From Myxococcota bacterium (GTDB taxonomy: Bacteria; Myxococcota_A; UBA9160; PR03): a stretch of DNA of 48,865 nt. Positions 27,526-36,442 of this stretch are shown one piece after another. Each line of letters opens with the position of its first letter. Position 1 is the first letter of the stretch. A program made the translations under genes and the position numbers. The stretch covers positions 1-48,865 of the forward strand of contig JBFIML010000034.1 in the NCBI GenBank assembly GCA_041611735.1, in the 5' to 3' direction. Below the pieces are notes generated by a model. The model searched no databases. It saw only the letters and a program-made list of their open reading frames with translations, and was not told the origin of the DNA.

Positions 27526-28835
27526 GCGGGCTGGGCCTCCATGCCGGCTGGGGCGTCCTCGCTGTGCGCCCCACGCCGGCCGCGACGCACGACGATCCCC
27601 ACCGCGCCGAACAGGAGGAAGAGCACCATCACCTGGGCACGATGCCGGTAGGCGGTGCCCAGGTTCGACTCGACCAGCGCATACGAGACGGTCACGAACA
27701 AGAGGAAGGCCAGGATGGGCAGTGACGCGGCCAGTCGCGTACGCAACGCATGCACGATCCCGATGGCGACGAAGGGGATCAATGCGTACCAGGCCAGCAT
27801 CTCCGGGAGCGTCAGCACCTGGCGTGCGTTCCAGACCTGCCAGGGCGCCGGGGCGAGCAGGAAGTAGGCCAGCCCGAGCGGAAGGAAGCGCAGCGCCTTG
27901 GACGGCGAGGACACGTCCGCGTCGCCGTAGTAGGCGGAGCCGCCCAGGGCGAGATCCTGACGCGCCCGGTCCAGGCTCTCGAAGCTCACCTCCTCGGCGA
28001 GCTCGCCCACGCTTCCCACCACCGGAGCTCCCAGGGCACCCACGGCGAGCAGGAGCGCCATCCCCAGCGGCGCCTGCGCGCCCCGCAAGCGCGGCAGCAA
28101 CCAGGCCATGGCGAGGGCGCAGCCGGCCACGAGCAGCAGGTAGGAGCGCAGCTGGCCGATGCCCAGGGCCCCCGCCGCCAGGGCGGAGACGGCTCCCAGG
28201 GAGAGTCCGCCCTGGAGCTTCTGCGCACCACGCAGGAGCAGCAGGATCGAGAGCAGAACGCAGGCATCCTTCAGGTTGAGGCTCGACCACAGCACGAGCG
28301 ACGGCCAGAAGGCGGCGAGTGCAGCCGCCACGCGGGCCGCGCCTGGCCCGGCGACCTCGCGCGCCAGTCCGTGAACGAGCAGCACCGACAGGCCGCCGAC
28401 GGCCGCGTTCACCAGGGCGGGCACGAGCCCGTGGGGTCCGAACAGCCGGAACAGGAGACCGTTCCAGACGTAGTAGCCCACGGGCGGGTGCAGGGCGGGA
28501 AGCGGGCCCTCCCCTTCCCAGTGCCGGGCCAGGGCCGCGCCGAGCAGTTCGTAGCGGCGGTCGTCCAGGGCGAAGAAGCCGTCCGGCACCGCATAGGCCA
28601 CGACGAGGGCCAGGGCCGCGCGCACCGCCACGGCGCCCAGGAAGAGTCCCAGCAGCACGCGCCGCTCGCGGGAGTCCGAGCGGATCGCCAGCCCGAGCGC
28701 CACGGGCAGCGCCACCAGGGCCAACGCCGCCAGGCCTGCGGGCACGGCGGCGGGAACCCGGGCCACCGCCAGGGCCAGGCCCGCGCCGAGGCCCACGCCG
28801 ACGATCCACTCGCGTCCCGGCGCCCTCGCCTTCAC
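27522..28835 (-). CDS. Polytopic membrane protein, Wzy polymerase/GT-C-like
   Basis: About 10-12 TM segments, DDRRY, SLNLKD, NLGTAYRHR; overlaps both neighbours by 4 nt. Confidence 0.7.
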   Translation of the reverse strand: MKARAPGREWIVGVGLGAGLALAVARVPAAVPAGLAALALVALPVALGLAIRSDSRERRVLLGLFLGAVAVRAALALVVAYAVPDGFFALDDRRYELLGAALARHWEGEGPLPALHPPVGYYVWNGLLFRLFGPHGLVPALVNAAVGGLSVLLVHGLAREVAGPGAARVAAALAAFWPSLVLWSSLNLKDACVLLSILLLLRGAQKLQGGLSLGAVSALAAGALGIGQLRSYLLLVAGCALAMAWLLPRLRGAQAPLGMALLLAVGALGAPVVGSVGELAEEVSFESLDRARQDLALGGSAYYGDADVSSPSKALRFLPLGLAYFLLAPAPWQVWNARQVLTLPEMLAWYALIPFVAIGIVHALRTRLAASLPILAFLLFVTVSYALVESNLGTAYRHRAQVMVLFLLFGAVGIVVRRGRRGAHSEDAPAGMEAQPA

Positions 28836-30853
28836 GAGCGTTCCCGCTGCGCACGCTCGACGGGGAGCCGGGCCAGGGCTTCCACGAGCCGAGGGTCCTC
28901 CGGCCGGCGCGCCAGTCCGCGCCGCAGGGTGTCCCGGGCCCGGGCCGTGGCCCCCGCGTGCAGCCAGGCCCCGGTGGCCTCGAGCACGAGGTCCACGTCG
29001 CCGGGTTCGAGGCGCACGGCCCGGTCGAAGGAGTCCGCCGCCGCCCGGGCGTGTCCGTGGCGGCGCAGCAGGCGGCCCGCCTGCCGCAGCACGACGGCGT
29101 CCCGCGGCACGGCGGCCTGCACGAGCTTCGGGTCGTCGGTGGCGCGCAGCAGCGCGAGCAGCGCGACGTCCGACACCCACCACTGCCGTTCCACCGCGGC
29201 GCGTACCGCCGAGGCCGCCTCCTCCCGCCGACCCGCTTCGAGCAGCATGCGCGCCCGCACCAGCTCCGGCGCCGCGGAGTTGCGATCCAGATCCCGGGCC
29301 CGGGCCACCGCCCGGAGCGCGCTGCCGAGGGCGCCGGCCCGCCACTCGGTGCGGGCCGCCGCCAGGTGCAGGGCCGCCTCGCGCGGGCTCGCCGCCACCG
29401 CGCGCGCGCGGGCCGCGCGGGCGCGGACCCGGGCGGCTGCTCCCTCCGCCCCGATCCGATGGGCTTCCTCGGCTGCCTCGCCCACCAGGCCCCAGAGCGC
29501 GGCGCGAGCCGGCCGCAGTCGCAGGCCGACGCGTGCCGCACGCTCCGCTGCGGCGAAGTCTCCGCGGGCGAGCGCGAGCTCCGCGCGCCGCTCGGCCGCC
29601 AGGGCAGCGGTGCGGGTGCCCGCGAGCACCAGCAGCAGCGCCCCGAGCGCGGCGAGCACGACGCGTGTGGCCGTGGCGTCGCTGCGCGTGGTCGCACCCG
29701 ACTGGGTGGCCCGCCAGAGCGCGCCCGCCAGGACCGCACCCGCCAGGGCGATGGCCGGTACGTGCAGCGGGAAGTCCACCAGGGCGTGCGCCGCCAGGGC
29801 CAGCAGCGCCACGGCCAGGCCCCAGGTGGTGCGCGAGCCCGAGCGGGGAAGGCGCAGCGCGGCACGCCGCGTGGCAGCGCAGATCGTCACCCCGAGCAGG
29901 GCCACGAAGGGAATCCCGAGCTCCAGGGCGCCGTGCAGGGGCTCGCTGTGGGCCTGATCCACCCGGTAGGGGATCGTGCCGGGCCGAAGCGCGTGGAAGC
30001 CGGGTCCGAAGGCACCGATCCCGACGCCCAGGGGCGCTTGCGCCGGGATCGCGCGGGCCACCGCCCCGTACAACGCCCAGCGCATGCCGGCCGACGACTC
30101 CCCTGCAGCGGGGTGCGCCGGGAGCACGTCCGGCAGCAGGGCAGGCAGCAGCGCCAGGGCGACGGCGGCGGCCGCTCCCGCCGCGCCCAGCAGGGGCAGG
30201 CTGCGGCGCGGCCCGAGGCGCACCAGGGCGCCAAGCCCCGCCACGGCCACCAGACCCGCGACGACGGCGCCCCGGGAGCGCGTGGCCACGACGCCCGCGA
30301 TCCCCAGGGTGAGCAGTCCGAACCAGAGCAGCGCAGTCTCGCGCCGGCCGCGGCTCGGGATGCCACCCCGCAGCACGTGCACCAGTGCGATGCCCGTCGG
30401 CAGCAGCAGCCAGCCCGCCAGGTGGTTCGGATTTCCGAAGGGACGCACGGCGCGCTCGCCCGGGAGCGCGCTCGCAATGGCCAGGCTCCCCACCGCGGCC
30501 CCCAGCGCCGCGAAGCGCATGGCGAAGCGACGCCGCTGGCCCGGGTCGAGCAGCGCGGCCGCCAGCACGAAGACCACTGCCCCCGCCAGCAGCGCGCCGG
30601 CGCCATCCAGGGACGGGTCCCGGGAGACGCTCCAGAGCGTGGAGCCCAGGGCGAGACCGCTCCACGCCAGGGCGACGGCCAGGGCGCCGGCCGGCGCGCC
30701 GCGCAGCTCCGGACGGCAGGCGGCAGCCAGGGCCAGCGCCGCCGCACCCAGCTGGAGCGTCGCGGCACCCGCCGGGGTGACGCCGCCCTGCCACACGGCC
30801 GCCCCCGCCAGCAGCGCGAACAGCAGCGCCGCGAGCCGGTGTCGCACCCTCAC
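28832..30853 (-). CDS. O-antigen ligase (Wzy_C) family protein with C-terminal TPR repeats
   Basis: PFGNPNHLAG, TRSRGA, GVGIGAF, AHSEPLH...ELG, HALVDFPLH, followed by TPR-like helices. Confidence 0.88.
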   Translation of the reverse strand: MRVRHRLAALLFALLAGAAVWQGGVTPAGAATLQLGAAALALAAACRPELRGAPAGALAVALAWSGLALGSTLWSVSRDPSLDGAGALLAGAVVFVLAAALLDPGQRRRFAMRFAALGAAVGSLAIASALPGERAVRPFGNPNHLAGWLLLPTGIALVHVLRGGIPSRGRRETALLWFGLLTLGIAGVVATRSRGAVVAGLVAVAGLGALVRLGPRRSLPLLGAAGAAAAVALALLPALLPDVLPAHPAAGESSAGMRWALYGAVARAIPAQAPLGVGIGAFGPGFHALRPGTIPYRVDQAHSEPLHGALELGIPFVALLGVTICAATRRAALRLPRSGSRTTWGLAVALLALAAHALVDFPLHVPAIALAGAVLAGALWRATQSGATTRSDATATRVVLAALGALLLVLAGTRTAALAAERRAELALARGDFAAAERAARVGLRLRPARAALWGLVGEAAEEAHRIGAEGAAARVRARAARARAVAASPREAALHLAAARTEWRAGALGSALRAVARARDLDRNSAAPELVRARMLLEAGRREEAASAVRAAVERQWWVSDVALLALLRATDDPKLVQAAVPRDAVVLRQAGRLLRRHGHARAAADSFDRAVRLEPGDVDLVLEATGAWLHAGATARARDTLRRGLARRPEDPRLVEALARLPVERAQRERS

Positions 30854-32724
30854 GCCTGCTGCCCCCCGGCGGCCGGCTGCGCGCCGCCGCGGGGCAGGCC
30901 GTAGCCGTAGTAGCGGTAGAGCCCGGTGCGGTCGTCGCGCGGCGCCTTGTTCAGCACCACGCCGTAGACGCGCGCGCCGGCGCGGTCGAGCTGGCGCACG
31001 GCTGCCCGCATGAGCCGGGCGTCGAAGCGGCGTGGCTCGACCACGAACAGGACCCCGTCCGCCAGGCCCGAGAGGAGCGAGGCATCCACCAGGCCGCCCG
31101 CCGGAGGCGAGTCCATCAGGACGAAGTCGTAGGTCCCGCGCAGGCCGCTGATGAGCTGGGTGAGACGCGCCGACTCGATCAGCTCCGCCGGACTCGGAGG
31201 CAGGGTTCCGCACGGAAGCAGGTCGAGCCCCGCAACCGCCGTGGCGCGCAGCGCGGTCTCCAGGGTCGCGTCGCCGGCCAGCACGTCGGCGAGGCCGGCC
31301 GTCTTGGAGAGCGCGAACAGCCGGTGCAGGGAGGGTCTGCGCAGGTCGGTGTCCACCAGCAGCACGCGCCGACCGGCCTGGGCCAGGGACACGGCCAGGT
31401 TGGCCAGGATCGTGGACTTGCCCTCCTCGGGACCGGTGCTCGTCACCAGCAGCACGCGGCGCGGTCGGTCCACGTCGCTGAAGCGCACGTTGGTACGCAG
31501 GCAGCGGAACGCCTCGGACTCCAGGGATCCGGGCAGGGCGGCCACCAGCGGAGCCGAGCCGCCCCGGCCGTCGAAGACGGTCACGGCACCGAGCGTCGGC
31601 AGCCCCAGGGCCCGGCCCACGTCCTCGGCGTTCGCGACGCTGCGGTCCAGGGAATCCAGCAGGAACGCCAGGGCCAGGGCCGCACACAGCCCGAGCACCG
31701 CAGCGATGGCCAGGTGCCGCGCCGAGCGCGGCGCGATCGGCGCGGCGGGCGTGCGGGCCCGCTCCAGGATGCGCAGGTCCGCCTGCGTGGCGCCCGCCGA
31801 GAGATCGGCCTCCTTCAGCTTCTTGAGCAGGACCTCGTACACCTGGTGATCGAGGTCGGCGTCCCGCTTCAGGATGCGGTACTGGATCAGCTTGCGATGG
31901 TCTCCGGCCCGCGCCTGCTGCTCCGAGTGCAGGCGGCCGCGCAGGCTGACCAGCCGGGCCTGAGCGTCCACCACCTTGGGATGGCGCTCCCGATAGCGGC
32001 GCAGGAGCTGTGCGATCTCCACCTCCGCCGCCGCGATCTGGGCCCGCAGCCCATCGTCCCGGGCGGGGGCCGCCAGGGAGGCACGCTCCCCCTCGTCGGC
32101 GCCCTCGATCTCCTCGGACGCCAGGTAGTCGAGCAGGCGGTTCTCGGAGCTCCGCAAGCGCTCCCGGAGCTGGTCGATCTCGCGGGTGAGCCACTCCACT
32201 GAACGCTGCCGCGCCGCGTCCTCCTGCTCGCGGGTGTGATCGATGTACGCCTCGGCGACCGCGTTGGCCACGTCGCGCGCCGCTTCGGGAGTCGCCCCGT
32301 GGCCGCTCACCAGCACGATCCGCGTCTCGCGCAGGTGATCGACGACGATGGCCGCCTTGGCGAGCGCGGCCGCGGCAGCGCGCTGGTCCGCATCCGCCTC
32401 GGCGTCGATCCAGCCGAGCTGCAGCGCAGCGCGGGCCGCCACGGGCTCGCTGCGCAGCACCTCGAGCTGGGTCTCGAACGATTGCCGCTCGAGCAGGTAG
32501 CTCTCCAGGGCGCCGCCCCGATCGGAGAGCACACCCTTGCCGAGCCCCATCCCCACCACGAGCCGGGCGGTGGCCCGGTACACGGGAGGCATCCGCCAGG
32601 TCAGGAACGAGGCCACCGCCAGGAAGGCGAGCGCGGTGCCCAGGGCGATCCGCCAACGGCGGCGCAGCACCTGGAGATGATCGATCCAGTGTCGCTCCTC
32701 GCTGTTCATCTTCGGGTCGCTCAA
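30850..32724 (-). CDS. wzc: Polysaccharide co-polymerase/tyrosine autokinase; start 32724 or 32709
   Basis: Two TMs plus coiled coil, EAFRCLRTN, STGPEEGKST, VDTDLRRP, DSPP, Tyr cluster YRYYGY. Confidence 0.92.
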   Translation of the reverse strand: MSDPKMNSEERHWIDHLQVLRRRWRIALGTALAFLAVASFLTWRMPPVYRATARLVVGMGLGKGVLSDRGGALESYLLERQSFETQLEVLRSEPVAARAALQLGWIDAEADADQRAAAAALAKAAIVVDHLRETRIVLVSGHGATPEAARDVANAVAEAYIDHTREQEDAARQRSVEWLTREIDQLRERLRSSENRLLDYLASEEIEGADEGERASLAAPARDDGLRAQIAAAEVEIAQLLRRYRERHPKVVDAQARLVSLRGRLHSEQQARAGDHRKLIQYRILKRDADLDHQVYEVLLKKLKEADLSAGATQADLRILERARTPAAPIAPRSARHLAIAAVLGLCAALALAFLLDSLDRSVANAEDVGRALGLPTLGAVTVFDGRGGSAPLVAALPGSLESEAFRCLRTNVRFSDVDRPRRVLLVTSTGPEEGKSTILANLAVSLAQAGRRVLLVDTDLRRPSLHRLFALSKTAGLADVLAGDATLETALRATAVAGLDLLPCGTLPPSPAELIESARLTQLISGLRGTYDFVLMDSPPAGGLVDASLLSGLADGVLFVVEPRRFDARLMRAAVRQLDRAGARVYGVVLNKAPRDDRTGLYRYYGYGLPRGGAQPAAGGQQA

Positions 32725-32741
32725 GGTCGTTCCACCCCTCC

Positions 32742-33641
32742 TCAGAAGAAGGATTCCGGTACGACGAGCAGGTCGCCGTCCCGCAGCTCCACGTTCTCCA
32801 CCCCGTCGCGTCCCCGCACCAGGTCCTGCAGCCGGATCCGCTCCTCCGTGCGAGCCTCGCCCTCGCCCCGCACGAGCCGCGCGCGGTTGCCTGCCGCCCA
32901 TTCGCTGAAGCCGCCGGCCGCGAGCAGCGCGTCCAGGGCGGTGGACGCCTGGCGCAGCACGTAGGTGCCCGGCCGCACCACCTCCCCCACCACGCGCACG
33001 CGCGCTTCGTCCAGGGCGGGGGCTGCGCCGGCCTCGCTGCGACGCGCCACCACCAGCACGTCCCCGGCCTGAACGGGGGGATTCTGGTCCGCCCGCCCTT
33101 CGCGCAGCAGCGCAGCGAGATCGATGGCGAGCTGCTCCCGCGGCGCCCGCTCGCCCGGCTGCGGCAGCGTCTCGCCCGGCTTCGGCTCGCCGAAGCGCAG
33201 CAGCGTCGCGCGATCGCCCGCATCCGGGCTGGGTCCGCCGCCTGCCAGCAGGAGGTCGAGCAGCCGCATGCCCGGACGCACCGGATGACTGCCCGGCCGC
33301 GCCACCGCCCCGAGCAGGGCCGCCTTGTGCCGCGTCGACTCTCGCAGCCGCACCACCACGCGTGCCTCGCGCAGGTAGTCGCGCTCCAGACGCCCGCGGA
33401 GCTCCTCGGCCACCTGCTCGCAGCTGCGGCCGGCCGCCGGCACCGCTCCGGCGAGCACGTGCTGCAAGGTCCCGTCGTCGCCCACCCGGACCTCACCGGA
33501 GAGGTCCGGCTCCCGCCAGACCTCCACGTGCACGCGGTCCCCGGGACCGATGCGATAGACGTCCCCCGTGGGCTCGGCGACCGCGCTCGTCCCCGCGGCG
33601 ACCAGCCCGGCCAGGGCCAGCCCGATCCGACTAACGCGCAT
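32742..33641 (-). CDS. Polysaccharide export OPX protein (Poly_export + SLBB), periplasmic type
   Basis: YRIGPGD...VWREPDLS...DDG, two SLBB repeats, ends VPESFF; no lipobox or C-terminal outer-membrane helix. Confidence 0.9.
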   Translation of the reverse strand: MRVSRIGLALAGLVAAGTSAVAEPTGDVYRIGPGDRVHVEVWREPDLSGEVRVGDDGTLQHVLAGAVPAAGRSCEQVAEELRGRLERDYLREARVVVRLRESTRHKAALLGAVARPGSHPVRPGMRLLDLLLAGGGPSPDAGDRATLLRFGEPKPGETLPQPGERAPREQLAIDLAALLREGRADQNPPVQAGDVLVVARRSEAGAAPALDEARVRVVGEVVRPGTYVLRQASTALDALLAAGGFSEWAAGNRARLVRGEGEARTEERIRLQDLVRGRDGVENVELRDGDLLVVPESFF

Positions 33642-34839
33642 AGACCAGCCCAAGGGTCACCCGGTTCTGGTGGAAGTCGTCGAGTTCATGGTCTCCCCCG
33701 TTGCGCCAGTGCCTCCAGGCCAGGCGCGCCCGCAGGCGCCGGGTGAGCTGCCGGTCCAGGTGCAGACCCAGCGCCACGAAGCGGTTCGAGTCCAGGCCCG
33801 GGCCGGAGGCGCGGAAGTGGCTACCCAGCAGCTCGAGGCCCAGGCTCGTGCGCGGTCCCAGCTCGCGGTCCACCCCCAGCTCGGCGCTGGTCTCCACGTA
33901 CTCCTGGCCCGCCACGTCGGCGGTGAACTGCCGGCCCAGGTTCAGGCTCGCCGACCAGCCTCGCGGTCCGGTCCAGCGCAGCTGCGTGCGCAGGAGCAGC
34001 CGGTCCTGGGCGTCGCCCTCGTCGAAGTCGAGACGCCCCCAGCCGACCGCAGCGTCCAGGGAGAGGCGCCGGGTGCCGCGCAGGCGGACGCCGCCGTAGC
34101 CGGCCAGCTCGCGGAAGTCCAGGGAGGAGAGCGGGTCGAAGCGACGCTCGCGACCCTCCCCGCGCAGGTAGAAGAGCGCGCGGCGTCCCAGGGCGCGCTG
34201 CCACTCCAGATGGGCCCCGAGCTCCTGGTAGTCGCCCTCGACCCTGGCGCTCTCCAGCGACCCGTCGCCGTCCAGGTCCACCTCGCTGACGAAGCCGGGC
34301 GTGGTGAAGTGCACCGCCCGGACGCCCAGGTCCAGGGTGTTGCGGCGGCGCAGCTCGCGCTGCCAGCCGAGCTCCGCCTGGGCCCGGTTGGTCTGCACGC
34401 GGTTCAACCCGTCGTCCGTGGGACGGCCCAGCTGCAGGGGACGTGGTACGTAGGCGTCGGACAGGCGCAGGTGGAAGCCTCGCCCGAGCTCGAGGTCCGC
34501 CGATCCGAGCAGCGTCCAGAACTCGTCATCGAGGACGGCATGGCGCGCGTAGCGACGCAGCTCGCCGGCCAGGTCGAATTCGGTGCGCAGCCGGCTGCGT
34601 TGCCAGCCCACCTGGAGGCGCGGCTCCACCCACACGCCCCAATCGCTGCGCTCGTCTTCGCCGCTCGAGAACACGTTGTCGTCGAAGACCCCCGTCACTC
34701 CCAGCGAGGGACGCACCGACACGCCTTCGCGCGCGTCCTCGGCCCGGGCCGTGACCCCAGCGAGCGTGGCGAAGGCCAGCGCCAGGCCGAGGCCGGCGCG
34801 CCGCAGCCGGCGGCCGCGCGGGGGGCCGGGCGCGCTCAC
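33631..34839 (-). CDS. Outer-membrane beta-barrel for polysaccharide export (EpsX/BBP2-like)
   Basis: Signal peptide, FDDNVF, alternating beta strands, C-terminal NRVTLGLVYAR; adjacent to OPX. Confidence 0.8.
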   Translation of the reverse strand: MSAPGPPRGRRLRRAGLGLALAFATLAGVTARAEDAREGVSVRPSLGVTGVFDDNVFSSGEDERSDWGVWVEPRLQVGWQRSRLRTEFDLAGELRRYARHAVLDDEFWTLLGSADLELGRGFHLRLSDAYVPRPLQLGRPTDDGLNRVQTNRAQAELGWQRELRRRNTLDLGVRAVHFTTPGFVSEVDLDGDGSLESARVEGDYQELGAHLEWQRALGRRALFYLRGEGRERRFDPLSSLDFRELAGYGGVRLRGTRRLSLDAAVGWGRLDFDEGDAQDRLLLRTQLRWTGPRGWSASLNLGRQFTADVAGQEYVETSAELGVDRELGPRTSLGLELLGSHFRASGPGLDSNRFVALGLHLDRQLTRRLRARLAWRHWRNGGDHELDDFHQNRVTLGLVYAR

Positions 34840-36161
34840 AGCTCCCCCGGCAGCATGGGCGAGAGGGGCCGATCGTACAGGCGCCTCAGCTCGTGCTCGA
34901 TGCGGACCATCTCGTTGCCGGGCGGAGTGCCGAAGCGGGCCAGGAATCCCGCCACCAGGGTGCGAAACACCGGGCTCTCCAGGTTCGCGCTGGCGGCCGC
35001 TTCGTCCACCACGGCGTCCGGAGCGCCCTCGCGCAGGCCGAGCTCGCGAAGCACGCCCAGGTAGGCGGCCTCGTCGGCTCGGCGCCGCACGAGCCGCAGG
35101 GCGTCGACGCCGCTTCCGGCGGCCAGGCGCGCTCGCACCACGTGCTCGCCGGCCGGGAGCGGGAGGGTGAGGATCGTCTCCCAGGCGAAGTCCGCCGCGT
35201 CGGCGTGGGGCTGGAGGGCCATCCCGTAGCGCCCATCCACCTCCCAGATCTGGCGGGCGGCCCCGTGCACGCGAGCCGCGAGGCCGTACACGCCCGGCTG
35301 CTCCAGGACCAGGTGCCACTCGAACTCGGCGGGCTCCGGGCCGGCGACGGCCCAGGCCCCGGCGGAGGCGGGGCGCCCGAGCCGGCGCTGGCTGCGTGCG
35401 CCGCCCCGGCTCGCGTCGAAGTGCTCGCCTTCCCGGACCCGCGGCGACCCCTCCTCGGGCAGCCGGTGCTCGAGACCGAACGCTTGGACCAGGGTACGGG
35501 CCTTGGCGCCGAAGGTGAGCGCGCGGCCCGCGCTCCATCCTCCCGCCGGTGCGATGCAGAGCGACCGCCAGGCCACCAGCTCGATCTGCTGCACCCGGGC
35601 GGCCGGCGAGAGCTCCACCGCCAGCTGGTGGGGCCCCGGGGCCAGGGGCTGCAGGGTCGGAGCCCAGTCCACGCCGAGCGGGCCCGGGTCGAGGACGCCC
35701 ACCTCGCGGCCGTCGACCCACCAGCGCTGCTGCCCCTGCCCGTGGACCACGAGGGCGTACAGGGCGCTTCCGGGCAGCGACACGGAGATGTGGCGAGGCT
35801 CCTCGGACCCGCCGAGGCGCACGTCGTCGACCCGGACCTGCAGGGCCCGCCCCACGGGCACGCGGCGACCTCCGGCGCCGGTGCCGAGCTCGCGGGCATC
35901 CGGGCACAGCAGCCCGAACACGTCGCGGGCGTCGTGGTCCGGGTCGAGGGCGCCGTGGAGCCCGAGACCTTCCACCAGCCGCGCGGCCCATTCGGTGTGG
36001 GTGACGGCGCGCCGGCTGGCCTGGGGCTCGCGCACGTCCACGGGCGGAAAGGAGAGCGGATCCCCTCGCAGCGAAAGCGGCGCGAGGACCGCCGCCAAGG
36101 CCACGGCGGCAGCCAACCAGCGCATCCGGCGGACAGGCAGGCTCGGCAAGACGACTCCCAT
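34836..36161 (-). CDS. Hypothetical exported protein with repeated beta-sandwich-like domains; start 36161 or 36125
   Basis: Signal peptide MRWLAAAVALAAVL; two similar segments (WWVDG...LAPGPH and WEVDG...LPAGEH). Confidence 0.7.
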   Translation of the reverse strand: MGVVLPSLPVRRMRWLAAAVALAAVLAPLSLRGDPLSFPPVDVREPQASRRAVTHTEWAARLVEGLGLHGALDPDHDARDVFGLLCPDARELGTGAGGRRVPVGRALQVRVDDVRLGGSEEPRHISVSLPGSALYALVVHGQGQQRWWVDGREVGVLDPGPLGVDWAPTLQPLAPGPHQLAVELSPAARVQQIELVAWRSLCIAPAGGWSAGRALTFGAKARTLVQAFGLEHRLPEEGSPRVREGEHFDASRGGARSQRRLGRPASAGAWAVAGPEPAEFEWHLVLEQPGVYGLAARVHGAARQIWEVDGRYGMALQPHADAADFAWETILTLPLPAGEHVVRARLAAGSGVDALRLVRRRADEAAYLGVLRELGLREGAPDAVVDEAAASANLESPVFRTLVAGFLARFGTPPGNEMVRIEHELRRLYDRPLSPMLPGEL

Positions 36162-36205
36162 CCGGGAGCCCGGGAAAACCCCGAGCGGAACCGGCTCTCG
36201 CGGTT

Positions 36206-36233
36206 CCATCGGCGCTGGCAGGTTTTTGCTTTA
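36206..36233 (-). promoter_or_regulatory. sigma28/FliA-like promoter of the polysaccharide locus
   Basis: TAAA-16 nt-GCCGATGG. Confidence 0.55.
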
Positions 36234-36442
36234 CGGAAGCAGGGTTCTGAGGGCGCCCGCCCGCTTTGCAGTGCGGCTGGAATCCGGTTTTCCATGGAAT
36301 CCCGAGCCCTTGAAGCGGCGCCCGCGCCTCGGGGAGATCCCGCAGCTGCCGGCAGGCCGCGCCTCGCCCGCCGGCAGCTGCTGTGCGGCGCGCAGGCAGG
36401 ACGGGTGCAGGCCCGCGGCAGGGGGCACGCAGGCCGCCCCGC

